In this document: positions 26,682 to 36,789 of the stretch, piece by piece
How positions within the stretch are numbered: the first letter of the stretch is position 1
How the letters are laid out: every line of letters starts with the position of its first letter
NCBI GenBank assembly: GCA_964617735.1
Contig: CAZTXT010000001.1
Coordinates: 138,338-202,337, forward strand
Reading direction: 5' to 3'
From: an uncultured Candidatus Saccharibacteria bacterium
Lineage (GTDB): Bacteria; Patescibacteriota; Minisyncoccia; Phycocordibacterales; DSPV01
Length of the DNA: 64,000 bases
Made by a program: the position numbers and the translations under genes
The notes under the pieces: generated by a model
Database searches by the model: none
What the model was told of the DNA's origin: nothing
The model's input: the letters and a program-made list of their open reading frames with translations, nothing else

Positions 26682-28211
26682 TTAGCGGGCGAATTCAATC
26701 GAGCGCGTTTCGCGTATAACGGTCACTTTGATCTCTCCCGGGTAGTGCAGTTCGTTTTCGATGCGCAGTGCGACATCGCGCGCAAGCTTGCTGGCTTCGA
26801 GGTCGCCTACTTCGGTGGGCGTTACGAATATCCTGATCTCGCGTCCCGCCTGCAGTGCATACGCTTTTTCAACGCCGGTGAACGATTTCGCGATGGCTTC
26901 AAGTTCCTCAAGGCGCTTGAGATAATTCTCGACGCTGTCGCGCCGCGCGCCGGGCCGCGCGCCAGAGATCGCGTCCGCGGTCTGCACGATCATGGATTCG
27001 AGCGTTTCATAAGGATACTCTTCATGATGCGCCTGCATGGCTTTCACGACCTCTTCGGATACTCCGAATTTCTGAAGGATGCGCCGCCCAATCTCGACAT
27101 GCGTTCCTTGAACCTCGTGGTCGACCGCCTTTCCGATATCATGCAAGAGTGCTCCCGCCCGCGCGACGGAGATGTTCGCGCCCAGCTCTTCCGCGATCAT
27201 GCCGGCGATGTGCGCCATTTCGACGGAGTGTTGTAGTACGTTCTGGCCGTAACTGGTGCGGAAATGCAAGCGACCCAAGATAGATATCAATCTGGGGTCG
27301 AGATTGATGACCCCCGCCTCGTATGCGGCCTGCTGGCCTTTTTCCTTGATGATCTTATTGATCTCCGTTTCGGCTTTTTCAACCGCCTTTTCTATCTTCG
27401 CGGGCTGGATGCGACCGTCCATGATGAGCTCCTCGAGCGCCACCCGCGCGACTTGGCGACGGATCGGATTGAACGACGAGATCGTGATGGCGCCCGGCGT
27501 ATCATCGACGATGAGCTCTACGCCGGTGATCCGCTCGAACGCTTTGATATTGCGACCTTCTTTGCCGATGATCTTTCCTTTGAGCTCGTCGGATGGGATA
27601 GCGACTGTTGTCGTGAGCACATCAGCGGAGACGGCGTTGCCGAGGCGCTGGATGGCGCTCGTCAGTATTTCTTTCGCGCGTCCCTCGAGCTTTTCTTCGC
27701 CGTACCGTTCCAGTTTTTGCATGCGCATCACGAGATCTTCCTCGCCTTGCTTCTCCATGGTTTTGATGAGCTCCTGCTTCGCGTCATTTTGGCTCAATCC
27801 CGCGACGCGCTCCATCTCAGCGATCTTCTGCGCTTCCATAGAATCGACGCGCTCTTTTATCTTCTTGATCTCCGCGACTTTCCCTTTGACTTCCTCGACT
27901 TCCTTGTCGATATCGAGCTGGCGTTTATCGAGCAATTCCTCTTTCTTTATCAAACGATCCTCCGTTTTCTTGAGTTTATCCTCCTTCTCTTTCATTTCCG
28001 ACCGCGACTCCTTCAGCGTTTCTTCCGCTCGTTTTTGCGCGTCTTCGACGACCCGCTTGGATTCTTCTTTCGCTTCCAGCATCATCTGCTTGATCTCGAG
28101 CTCCATAGAGCCTTTCTTTCCCAAAGAGATGATGAGCCGCAGGTAATAACCCAGCGCGACACCTGCAAGGGTGCCGAGCCCCGTAAGGAGCAGTACTAAT
28201 TTTAATGACAT
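26682..28211 (-). CDS. rny: Ribonuclease Y
   Basis: N-terminal TM, coiled coil, KH (KGKIIGKEGRNI), HD (LLHDIGKA), ADAISGARPGAR. Confidence 0.97.
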   Translation of the reverse strand: MSLKLVLLLTGLGTLAGVALGYYLRLIISLGKKGSMELEIKQMMLEAKEESKRVVEDAQKRAEETLKESRSEMKEKEDKLKKTEDRLIKKEELLDKRQLDIDKEVEEVKGKVAEIKKIKERVDSMEAQKIAEMERVAGLSQNDAKQELIKTMEKQGEEDLVMRMQKLERYGEEKLEGRAKEILTSAIQRLGNAVSADVLTTTVAIPSDELKGKIIGKEGRNIKAFERITGVELIVDDTPGAITISSFNPIRRQVARVALEELIMDGRIQPAKIEKAVEKAETEINKIIKEKGQQAAYEAGVINLDPRLISILGRLHFRTSYGQNVLQHSVEMAHIAGMIAEELGANISVARAGALLHDIGKAVDHEVQGTHVEIGRRILQKFGVSEEVVKAMQAHHEEYPYETLESMIVQTADAISGARPGARRDSVENYLKRLEELEAIAKSFTGVEKAYALQAGREIRIFVTPTEVGDLEASKLARDVALRIENELHYPGEIKVTVIRETRSIEFAR

Positions 28212-28424
28212 GTATACAGCGACGTCGCGTTAGGTCGCCAGTACGGGTCGTGGAAACGATGCGTGTATGTTAAGTTCCAGGCGGGACATGGTCATGTGTT
28301 CCGGACCGTTGAGCTAAAACGAGTCTTCAAAGTTAAATTCCTTTAATGGCGCCATCGTACCGCATTCTTCAGAATTTGTCCAACCTCCACCGCGCCACGG
28401 GAATTAAAAAGAAAGTCGGGAATC

Positions 28425-29024
28425 TTATTTTCCCGACTTTGACTTATGTATTTCGTCGATAATACCGTATTTTTTCGCCTCCTCGGCCCCCATGAAAAAG
28501 TCCCGGTCGACATCTTTCTCTATCTGCGAGAGGGGCTGTCCGGTGTTCTGCGAGAGGATCTGGTTGAGCTTTTCCCGCATCTTGAGTATCTGCTTGGCGG
28601 TGATCTCGATGTCTGTGGCCTGACCTTGTGCGCCGCCCGAAGGCTGATGGATCATAATCTCGGCATTCGGAAGCGCATAGCGCTTACCTTTCTTGCCAGC
28701 CGAGAGAAGCAGGGCTCCCGCTGATGCCGCCATACCGACGCAGACGGTCGAGACGTCAGGCTTTATATGGTTCATGGTGTCGAGGATCGCGAGCGCGTCG
28801 GAGACCGAGCCGCCAGGGGAATTGATGTAGAGCGAAATATCCTTTTTTGAATCTTCCGAGGCGAGGAAAAGCAGCTGGGCGATGATGATGTTGGCGACGT
28901 GGTCGTCTATGGGGCCGCCGAGAAAGACGATGCGCTCACGCAAAAGCCGCGAATAGATGTCATAGGCTCGCTCGCCAAACTGGGACTTTTCGATGACCGT
29001 GGGGATGAGGATTTGATTGTGCAT
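28425..29024 (-). CDS. clpP: ATP-dependent Clp protease proteolytic subunit
   Basis: [33 protein letters not shown]. Confidence 0.98.
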   Translation of the reverse strand: MHNQILIPTVIEKSQFGERAYDIYSRLLRERIVFLGGPIDDHVANIIIAQLLFLASEDSKKDISLYINSPGGSVSDALAILDTMNHIKPDVSTVCVGMAASAGALLLSAGKKGKRYALPNAEIMIHQPSGGAQGQATDIEITAKQILKMREKLNQILSQNTGQPLSQIEKDVDRDFFMGAEEAKKYGIIDEIHKSKSGK

Positions 29025-29131
29025 AGGTGTAGAGGTTTATGATTGTAAGTAGGGGAAGTATAGCAGACAGGTTGTTGTTTGACAACAATTAAATCTCATG
29101 ATAATCTAATCATAGAAAGGAGGTGTGTCCT

Positions 29132-29632
29132 ATGCTCACCAAGGCAGAAATTACTCGTCTTATAGCGGAATTGCGACAGAAGGATTGGGAAACACAACTG
29201 TCCGTTTGCGATGGTGATGTCGAGATGGCTAAGTACTACCAAGAAGGAGCGCGCGAAATATTGCATACAAATGGGAAACTCATTGCTTCCGATTTGTATT
29301 CACGTGATCACATTGATGTGGTAGCCACAAGCTTTGGCATCGACTTCGATACGTTGAGCGCCATGGAGATTAATGACGCTGAACTCATCTTTCATGAATG
29401 GTTTCTCAAGAGGGCGACAGACTCAGAAATAAATGAGTTCTATCCTTTGTCGTTCGAACAGGAATGTGAATTCGGGGCCTACGCTGTGAAGTTTGAAAAC
29501 CTTGCTGCGAGAGTAGGGTTCGCAAAGGCTTTTGAGATCATGGGAGAAGAAAATAGGAAAAGGAGAAGGGAAAAAGGCTCCGAAACAGGGTTACCCCCTG
29601 TAGTTCCTAAAACACCCAATAGTCGCGGTTGA
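29132..29632 (+). CDS. Hypothetical protein (stand-alone cassette)
   Basis: TTGACA (29079)-17-TAATCT promoter; AGAAAGGAGG SD; terminator AGAGCCGAC-GTTA-GTCGGCTCTTTT. Confidence 0.7.
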   Translation: MLTKAEITRLIAELRQKDWETQLSVCDGDVEMAKYYQEGAREILHTNGKLIASDLYSRDHIDVVATSFGIDFDTLSAMEINDAELIFHEWFLKRATDSEINEFYPLSFEQECEFGAYAVKFENLAARVGFAKAFEIMGEENRKRRREKGSETGLPPVVPKTPNSRG

Positions 29633-29683
29633 TCGAGTCCATTTAGAGCCGACGTTAGTCGGCTCTTTTGTTATACTAGAGCG

Positions 29684-30379
29684 ATGCGGCTCCACAATTT
29701 CTTCATCGAACAAAAGCTCAAAGATAAAAAAGAGGTTTTAGTCGCTGACCCTGAAAAGATCCATCAGTGGCTCCGGGTATTTCGGTTCGGGGCAGGAGAT
29801 ACGATTCAGCTCTTAGACGATTCAGGTTTTGAATTTACGGCAGAATTTAAGGCGTTGAGCCCGGGCGGCGCGACGCTTTCGATACTAGAAGCGAAGCACA
29901 ACACTAAAGCTCCATCCCAAGAGATTTTCTTGTTTCAATCCCTCATCAAAAGCGATAAGTTCGAATGGGTTTTGCAGAAGGGAACAGAACTCGGCGTATC
30001 GAGATTTATGCCGATTCTCGCCGACCGGAGCGAGAAAAAGAGTCTCAATTTCGAGCGGGCGAAAAAGATCATCGTTGAAGCGGCGGAGCAGTGCGGTAGA
30101 GGAGAGCTGCCGAAGTTCTATGAGGTGATGAAGCTCGAGGAAGCATTCGGGCAATACGATGCACGAGCAGTCGTGTTTCACCCCGATGCTCCGGCGTTCG
30201 ACAAAAAAGAATTTGTGAACGAAAAGCACCTCGCAGTCTTCATCGGCCCCGAGGGCGGCTGGAGCGACCGCGAGATGCAGCTTTTTGAGCAGAAAAAAGT
30301 CCCGGTGTACTCCTTTAGTCCGCTTATCCTGCGCAGCGAGACGGCCGCTATCGCGATCGCATCGCTGATTCTCCTTTAA
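29684..30379 (+). CDS. rsmE: 16S rRNA m3U1498 methyltransferase
   Basis: KFEWVLQKGTELGV, EAAEQCGR, FIGPEGG, ILRSETA. Confidence 0.95.
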   Translation: MRLHNFFIEQKLKDKKEVLVADPEKIHQWLRVFRFGAGDTIQLLDDSGFEFTAEFKALSPGGATLSILEAKHNTKAPSQEIFLFQSLIKSDKFEWVLQKGTELGVSRFMPILADRSEKKSLNFERAKKIIVEAAEQCGRGELPKFYEVMKLEEAFGQYDARAVVFHPDAPAFDKKEFVNEKHLAVFIGPEGGWSDREMQLFEQKKVPVYSFSPLILRSETAAIAIASLILL

Positions 30380-30463
30380 AGACCTCTTCTTCAGAGAGGT
30401 TTGCCGGTGTATCTGCCTTGTGCTAGGGTGGCGGGAGTTTGAACTTCTACAGAAAGGATATGT

Positions 30464-31149
30464 ATGTCACCAAAGCCGATCAGGGACTACTCCCTCGGAG
30501 AATTCCAGAAACTCAACGACGCCATTTACGGCACCGTCAACAGCATCAACTATGGCAGAGCCGCGATGGTTTCGCGCATGCACCGCTATATCACGCAAGC
30601 CTTGAAGTGCGTCCGTAAAGGCAAAACCGATCAGATGGGGTATTACCTCGCCATGGCATTTTCGTGGTCGCTCGCGTTCGCGAATCGAATGCGCATTGAT
30701 CTTGAGAAAGAGACGTGGAAACGCTTCCCGGGCCTATGCCCCTATTGCGGCACGGTACCATGCTCATGCACCGTACGCGCGATGAGCCGGGCATCCGTAG
30801 ATGTAGGAGAGACAAAACAGCCCGAGACGCTTCGGGAATATCAAGAGATGTTCCGGCGTATCTACCCTGAAAACAAACTGCAGGGCGCTGTCACGCATCT
30901 TGCCGAAGAGGTCGGTGAACTCGATGAAGTGCTCGAGCATTTTAAAGGCACTCATGAGCACAATCACAGTACATCGAAATCGTCACGGAACTGGTCGATC
31001 TCGACACGAACCTGTGCGCCGCGGCATCCTGTCTTGGCTTAGACCTTGCAATCGAGATGGAGATTGTATTCAGAGACGGCTGTCCTAAGTGCCATACAGC
31101 ACCCTGCGGCTGTTGGTATGTGACCGCTGAACTGGCCAGTGTTCGGTAG
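30464..31149 (+). pseudogene. Tandem MazG-like NTP pyrophosphohydrolase with two Cys4 Zn motifs; frameshifted near 30958-30968
   Basis: Frame 1 gives ...CPYCGTVPCSC...HLAEEVGEL; the -1 frame continues QYIEIVTELVDL...GLDL...GCPKCHTAPCGC...* to 31149, completing the second repeat. Confidence 0.75.
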
Positions 31150-31159
31150 CCTGTTTATC

Positions 31160-31192
31160 AAAACCGCCTCGACGTCGTCGGGCGGTTTTTTT
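31160..31192. terminator. Bidirectional terminator
   Basis: AAAACCGCC...GGCGGTTTTTT between convergent genes. Confidence 0.75.
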
Positions 31193-32240
31193 ATTTCTGT
31201 TTCTCGAGGAATTCGAGGACTTTCTGTCGAAGCAAGACCCGTTCGACGTAAAGCTTCGCGGCTTCTTTATCGGCGTCTTTGTAATGTTCAAGCAGATGTT
31301 TGCTTTCGCGCTCGATGTCTTCTGCGGGCACGTTCAAGTTCTCTGCACGGGCTATTCTCGGAAGGATGAGCTCGAATTTAGCGCGTTTTTCCGCATTACT
31401 GTGCCACTCTTTGCGCAATTCTTCGCGTGTTTTTCGTATAGTCTTTAGGTACTCGTCCGGTTTTTGACCCATGCGCTCTATATCCTGATTGAACTCTGCT
31501 TCGATCCGATCGAGCTCGTGTTCTATGAGCGGCTCGGGGAGCTCTAAGTCGGTTGCCGCCACGATCTTCTCTATGATCCCCAGTACATGCTTCTCTCGCT
31601 CGCGGGCTTGTTTGTCCGTCTGCAGATCGTTTTTGAGTTTTTCTGTGAAATCGGCGACGGACGCAAAGTTCCCGAGCTTCTTTACCAATGCATCGGTAAG
31701 CGGCGCCGGCTCGGAGTTCGAAGCTTCTTTCTCCGGTCGCGCGGCCCCATCTTGATGCGCGAGTATCTTTCTGATATGCATGAGCGATTCGTCGAGCTCT
31801 TTGTCGCTGACCGAGATTTCCGGTCTCTGTTTGCTATTCTCTCTGGCGGCGAGGGATTTATAGTCTGGCAACGAGATTGTCGGTAGGATCGCGACCTGCA
31901 TTTTGAAGCGCAAGGGGTTGTTGCGCGCGAGCATCGTGATCGAGATCGAGGGTTGTCCGACGAACGTCAATTGTTTCTCTTTGAGCACGGAAACGAGCGC
32001 TTCGTGCACTAGCTCGTCGGCTGCTTGTTCAAGCACTCGCATCTCGCCTACTTTCGAGAGGACAATCGCCTCGGGGACTTTCCCTTTTCGAAATCCTGGT
32101 ACTTGTGCTTCCGCCGAGAGCTTCTTGAGGTGCAATGCATGCGAACGTTCGAGAGTTTCGGCCGGTATCTCTACCTCGAATTCCTTCTCGGATCTCCTGA
32201 CGTCGCGCTCGCTGATGATCGTGTAATCGGGGTAGTGCAT
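31191..32240 (-). CDS. tig: Trigger factor lacking the FKBP/PPIase domain
   Basis: PGFRKGKVP ribosome-binding motif, LPDYK, and C-terminal chaperone domain; 349 aa with a short linker in place of the PPIase domain. Confidence 0.92.
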   Translation of the reverse strand: MHYPDYTIISERDVRRSEKEFEVEIPAETLERSHALHLKKLSAEAQVPGFRKGKVPEAIVLSKVGEMRVLEQAADELVHEALVSVLKEKQLTFVGQPSISITMLARNNPLRFKMQVAILPTISLPDYKSLAARENSKQRPEISVSDKELDESLMHIRKILAHQDGAARPEKEASNSEPAPLTDALVKKLGNFASVADFTEKLKNDLQTDKQAREREKHVLGIIEKIVAATDLELPEPLIEHELDRIEAEFNQDIERMGQKPDEYLKTIRKTREELRKEWHSNAEKRAKFELILPRIARAENLNVPAEDIERESKHLLEHYKDADKEAAKLYVERVLLRQKVLEFLEKQK

Positions 32241-32342
32241 ATAAGTTTTGACAGTGTATCGGGAGAAGCGTCTTTCGGCAAGCAACGAAAAACTGCCTGT
32301 CGGCAGTTTTTCGTTGCGTTCGAATCAAGACTCGAAGGATCA

Positions 32343-32639
32343 CTACGGCCCCATTTCCTGCTGCACCGCGTTCATATCGGTATCAACTCCATCGACGGTC
32401 GTTGCATTGAGGTCTGCGGATATATCCTGGACGCTGTCGGTGGATGCTACGGTGGGATTACTTTCCGTGGTCGGTGTGCTGGTTTGAGGATAGGGTTCTT
32501 CACTCTTGTTGAGCGAGCTTCCCCAGAAATACAGGGCTCCGATGATGAGGACGAGGACGATGATGACGATACCCACAGCCGGCCCCGCAGATCGTTTGGG
32601 CATCTGCGATTGCGACGGCATCTGGTTCATTTGATCCAT
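32343..32639 (-). CDS. Small single-TM hypothetical protein
   Basis: GPAVGIVIIVLVLIIGALYFWG followed by a Thr/Ser linker and SVQDISADLNAT. Confidence 0.75.
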   Translation of the reverse strand: MDQMNQMPSQSQMPKRSAGPAVGIVIIVLVLIIGALYFWGSSLNKSEEPYPQTSTPTTESNPTVASTDSVQDISADLNATTVDGVDTDMNAVQQEMGP

Positions 32640-32663
32640 TTGTTTTGTTGATAGTTAAGGCTA

Positions 32664-33203
32664 TTACGGGGTCGAGGGAGTAGTGGTCGCGCGAATCGTT
32701 CCCGGCTTGATGGAGTTTATGGTATCAACCAGGGCGGCGTGTGCAGCTTTTATTGTATCCCGTGCGGCGACGATGACGGCGCGCGCTTTCTTGAACTCGC
32801 CTTTTGGATTGTCTGACGTGATGACGGCTTCGACCGCAGCAGTGATGCCGGCAACGGCAGTTTTCGCGTCAGCGATCTTGGCCCGTGCCGTTTGTAATTT
32901 CGCTCGTGCAGCAGAAACGGATGCGCCTTCCGCTGCGAGTTTATTGAGTCGCGTGTCGATGCGGTTCGCGATGTTCTCAAGACGCGTGATAACGGCATTG
33001 AAGCGATTCACGGTCCGGCTCGCAAATTCCCGGATCAGTTTCGTGCGACGCTCGTCAAGTTTTGCCATGACGGCCGCCTTCCTTTCCTGGCGGGTCGTTG
33101 TCGCATGCGTGCTTGATGCTGCATTCGTAGAGAACGCGGCCGCGCTGCTCGCGGTGGAGAGCGTTACGAGCACGATAGCGACGAGGTGATTTATTTTGCT
33201 CAT
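32664..33203 (-). CDS. Secreted coiled-coil hypothetical protein
   Basis: Signal peptide; RLENIANRIDTRLNKL; Ala-rich helices. Confidence 0.75.
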   Translation of the reverse strand: MSKINHLVAIVLVTLSTASSAAAFSTNAASSTHATTTRQERKAAVMAKLDERRTKLIREFASRTVNRFNAVITRLENIANRIDTRLNKLAAEGASVSAARAKLQTARAKIADAKTAVAGITAAVEAVITSDNPKGEFKKARAVIVAARDTIKAAHAALVDTINSIKPGTIRATTTPSTP

Positions 33204-33376
33204 AGATATTTAATGATTAATAAAGGTGAAAGAATTATATACCTGCTTTCAGAGAATTCAAGCGGTCCGTGAAGAAAATCTGACATTGGATGAATTTTCG
33301 ATGAAGGTCGCTTGCGAAGCAGAGCAAACCGCGCGAATGCGGGGTTTTGCGATAGTGTATAAAGTATCCGTGGTTG

Positions 33377-35416
33377 TTATTTAGCGAGCAAGCCGACGAG
33401 TAGCAGCGCAACGATATTGAGGATTTTGATCATCGGATTGATCGCGGGTCCCGCCGTATCTTTGTACGGATCTCCGACGGTATCTCCCGTAACCGCCGCT
33501 TTATGCGCATCTGAACCTTTGCCTCCGTAGTTTCCCGCTTCGATGTATTTCTTAGCGTTGTCCCATGCCCCGCCGCCTGAAGTCATCGAGATGGCGACGA
33601 AAAGCCCTGTGATGATAGCACCGACGAGAAGTCCTCCGAGCGCAACCGGGCCGAGGATGAATCCGACGATGATCGGCGCGAGAACGGGGATGAGTGCTGG
33701 CAGGACCATTTGTCTGATAGCCGCACTGGTGACGATGTCCACGGCGCGAGCGTAATCAGGCTTCGTTTTACCCTCCATGATGCCTTTGATCTCTTTGAAT
33801 TGTCGGCGCACTTCCGTGACGACTTCTCCGGCTGTTTTTCCGACTGCTTCCATTGCAAGCGCAGCGAAGTAATAGGGGAGTAGCCCGCCGACGAAAAGAC
33901 CGACGAGAACCTTCGGGTCGCCGAGCACGAAACTCAATTGCTTGCCCAGCGCGCTGAATTCCTGTGTGTAGGACGAGAAGAGTACGAGCGCCGCAAGCCC
34001 CGCCGAGCCGATCGCGTAGCCTTTGGTTACCGCTTTGGTTGTATTGCCCACGGCATCAAGCGGATCGGTCACATCTCGAACTTCTTTCGGAAGATTAGCC
34101 ATTTCGGCAATGCCGCCGGCGTTGTCGGTAATAGGACCGTACGCGTCGATCGCGACGATGATGCCCGCCATCGAGAGCATCGACATCGCAGCGATCGCGA
34201 TGCCGTAGAGTCCGGCGAAGTGATACGCGAAGAGAATACCCGCGACGATGGTCAAAAGCGGCAATGCAGTCGCTTTCATCGAGACGGCGAGTCCCTGGAT
34301 AATGTTCGTGCCGTGCCCCGAGACTGACGCTTTCGCGATGGACTGCACGGGTTTAAATTGCGTTCCGGTATAGTACTCGGTGATCCAGACGAGGAGTGCG
34401 GTGACAGCGAGTCCTACAAGCGTGCAGTAAAAGAGGTCGAGAGTTTGATAGATGCCGTTTCCGGTCATGAGGCGCTCGGTTAGGGGGTAGAATGCAATTG
34501 CCGAGAGCACTCCTGCAACAGCCAATCCTTTATACATCGCTGCCATGATATGTTGTGATTTTCCGAGGCGCACGAACCAGGTTCCCATGATCGAAGAGAA
34601 GATCGATATGCCTCCCACCGCAAGCGGGAAGAGGAGCGCATGCTCGGAGTTGAAAGAAGAACCTGCTTGGGCAGCAACTGTCGATGATTCTTTAGCGAAG
34701 GTGAGCGACCCGAGAATGATAGCCGCAATGGAGGTGACCGCATAGGTCTCAAAAAGGTCCGCTGCCATGCCGGCACAGTCGCCGACGTTGTCGCCGACGT
34801 TGTCCGCAATAACTCCCGGATTTCGCGGATCATCTTCGGGTATGCCGGCTTCTACTTTCCCCACAAGGTCAGCACCGACGTCCGCCGCTTTGGTGAAGAT
34901 GCCGCCGCCGAGGCGCGCAAAGACGGAAATAAGCGATGCACCGAATCCAAGGCCGATGAGTGATTTAATATCATGGGTGAGCGCGTAGAATCCAGAGACT
35001 CCCAAGAGCGCAAGACCGACGACAAGAAGTCCCGTGACCGAGCCGCCGCGGAAGGCAAGCGAGAGTGCGGGAGCAAGACCTTCGCGCGCCGCTTGTGCGG
35101 TGCGGACATTGGCGCGCACCGAGACATTCATGCCGATGTAGCCGGCAAGTCCGCTAAAAACGGCACCCACCAGAAATCCCAGCGCGGTTGTGATCCCCAG
35201 CAATGCCCACAGGATAATGAAGAGCACCGCAGCGATTGGGGCGATCGTCCGGTATTGCCGATTGAGGTATGCCTTCGCGCCCTCTCGGATCGCGCCGGAA
35301 ATCTCCTGCATGCGCGCACTCCCCGCGTCCTTGCGGATGACCTGGCGCGCGAGAAAGAGGCCGTAGAGAATAGCGACGACGGAGCTTATAAGGGCGAACA
35401 AAACATACGTGCTCAT
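33377..35416 (-). CDS. hppA: Membrane proton-translocating pyrophosphatase (K+-independent type)
   Basis: [35 protein letters not shown] (Lys at the K+-determinant site), [19 protein letters not shown]. Confidence 0.96.
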   Translation of the reverse strand: MSTYVLFALISSVVAILYGLFLARQVIRKDAGSARMQEISGAIREGAKAYLNRQYRTIAPIAAVLFIILWALLGITTALGFLVGAVFSGLAGYIGMNVSVRANVRTAQAAREGLAPALSLAFRGGSVTGLLVVGLALLGVSGFYALTHDIKSLIGLGFGASLISVFARLGGGIFTKAADVGADLVGKVEAGIPEDDPRNPGVIADNVGDNVGDCAGMAADLFETYAVTSIAAIILGSLTFAKESSTVAAQAGSSFNSEHALLFPLAVGGISIFSSIMGTWFVRLGKSQHIMAAMYKGLAVAGVLSAIAFYPLTERLMTGNGIYQTLDLFYCTLVGLAVTALLVWITEYYTGTQFKPVQSIAKASVSGHGTNIIQGLAVSMKATALPLLTIVAGILFAYHFAGLYGIAIAAMSMLSMAGIIVAIDAYGPITDNAGGIAEMANLPKEVRDVTDPLDAVGNTTKAVTKGYAIGSAGLAALVLFSSYTQEFSALGKQLSFVLGDPKVLVGLFVGGLLPYYFAALAMEAVGKTAGEVVTEVRRQFKEIKGIMEGKTKPDYARAVDIVTSAAIRQMVLPALIPVLAPIIVGFILGPVALGGLLVGAIITGLFVAISMTSGGGAWDNAKKYIEAGNYGGKGSDAHKAAVTGDTVGDPYKDTAGPAINPMIKILNIVALLLVGLLAK

Positions 35417-35444
35417 AAATGCAATGAAAGAATTTAGTAATGTT

Positions 35445-36635
35445 TTATTGAGTCGGCGCCGCTTTTTCCATTTCCTCTCCCGACGGCGTTTCTTCATCGG
35501 ACGCCGGTTCTCCTTCTGGAGCGTCGGTTGACTGTATATCGATCCGCCATCCGGTCAATTTCGCGGCGAGCCGGACATTCTGACCTCCTTTGCCGATAGC
35601 CAGCGATTGTTGGTCCGGAGTGACTTTGACTTTAGCTTGTTTTTCCTGTTCGTCAATGATCTGGACCGACAGCACACGCGCCGGCGAGAGCGCATCTTCG
35701 ATGAACTGTTTCGGATCAGCGGACCACTCGATGATGTCTATTTTCTCTCCGCCGAGCTCTGACATGACGGTGGAGACCCGCACGCCGCGCTGGCCGACGA
35801 GGGATCCGACCGGGTCCACGTGGCTGTCATGCGAGAGAACCGAGACTTTAGAGCGAGAGCCTGCCTCGCGCGCGATGACCTTGATCTCAACGACTCCCGT
35901 CGCTACCTCCGGCGTCTCCATAGAAAAGAGCTTCTCGAGGAATTTCGGATGAGAACGTGAAAGCTTGAGAAAGACGCCTTTCGGAGTCTCTTCCACTTTG
36001 TAGAGATAGGCGCGGATGCGCTCGCCTTGCTTGTAGCGCTCTCCCGGGATCTGCTCTTCATAGGGGAGTATGGCGCTCGTGCGTCCCATGTCGATGAAGA
36101 GGTTCCCTCGTTCGATGCGCTGGACTGTACCCGAGACGATGTCTCCCTCGCGTTTCCCGAACTCTTCGAGCACGGAGATCTTTTCTGCTTCGCGGATCTT
36201 TTGGATGATCACCTGTTTCGCCGTTTGCGCCGCGATGCGGCCGTAATCTGATTTAGCTTCGAGAGGAAATACGATCTCATCATCGATCTGTGCGTCGGCT
36301 TTTATTTTCTTGGCATCCGGCAGAAGGATATGATGTTCGGAATTGAATCGAATCTTTTCTTCCTCCGCCGCTTCTTTCGGCTCATCCGCTTCCGTCTCGT
36401 CGCCTTCTTCCATGATGACTTTTTCCGGGTCTACGACGACTTTCACTTGAAAGAAGTCTGTTTTCCCGGTATCGGGATCGAACGTTGCCCTAATGATCTG
36501 GCCCTTTTTGCCGTACTCTTTTTTATACGCAGTCGCCAAAGCCATCGAGATTGCCTCGAGGACTTTTTCTTTGGGGATTCCGCGCTCTTCTTGGAGTTGG
36601 TCGAGGACCGATTTGATGACTTTAAGATCGAACAT
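35445..36635 (-). CDS. nusA: Transcription termination factor NusA
   Basis: [13 protein letters not shown]1 domain, [21 protein letters not shown]. Confidence 0.98.
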   Translation of the reverse strand: MFDLKVIKSVLDQLQEERGIPKEKVLEAISMALATAYKKEYGKKGQIIRATFDPDTGKTDFFQVKVVVDPEKVIMEEGDETEADEPKEAAEEEKIRFNSEHHILLPDAKKIKADAQIDDEIVFPLEAKSDYGRIAAQTAKQVIIQKIREAEKISVLEEFGKREGDIVSGTVQRIERGNLFIDMGRTSAILPYEEQIPGERYKQGERIRAYLYKVEETPKGVFLKLSRSHPKFLEKLFSMETPEVATGVVEIKVIAREAGSRSKVSVLSHDSHVDPVGSLVGQRGVRVSTVMSELGGEKIDIIEWSADPKQFIEDALSPARVLSVQIIDEQEKQAKVKVTPDQQSLAIGKGGQNVRLAAKLTGWRIDIQSTDAPEGEPASDEETPSGEEMEKAAPTQ

Positions 36636-36655
36636 GATTTATTTTTTAAAAAAAT

Positions 36656-36677
36656 AAGCCCGCCGGCAGGCGAACTT
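36656..36677 (-). promoter_or_regulatory. nusA leader hairpin with U-tract (putative attenuator)
   Basis: Minus strand AAGTTCGCC-TGCC-GGCGGGCTT then ATTTTTT, between a TTGACA-17-TACTAT promoter and the nusA ATG. Confidence 0.6.
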
Positions 36678-36789
36678 CATGGCTCCATAGTACGCGCCAT
36701 TTATTTTTTTGTCAACCCGTTGGCATCAACCCCGTTTCAGCGCCTGCAATAAGAAAGAGCCCAAGGATAGATCCTTGGGCTCTCATTGT

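Noticed and set aside
30955-30970. Programmed ribosomal frameshift in the MazG-like gene
   Set aside because: No slippery sequence lies in the permitted interval; TTTTAAA is upstream of a stop in the -1 frame.
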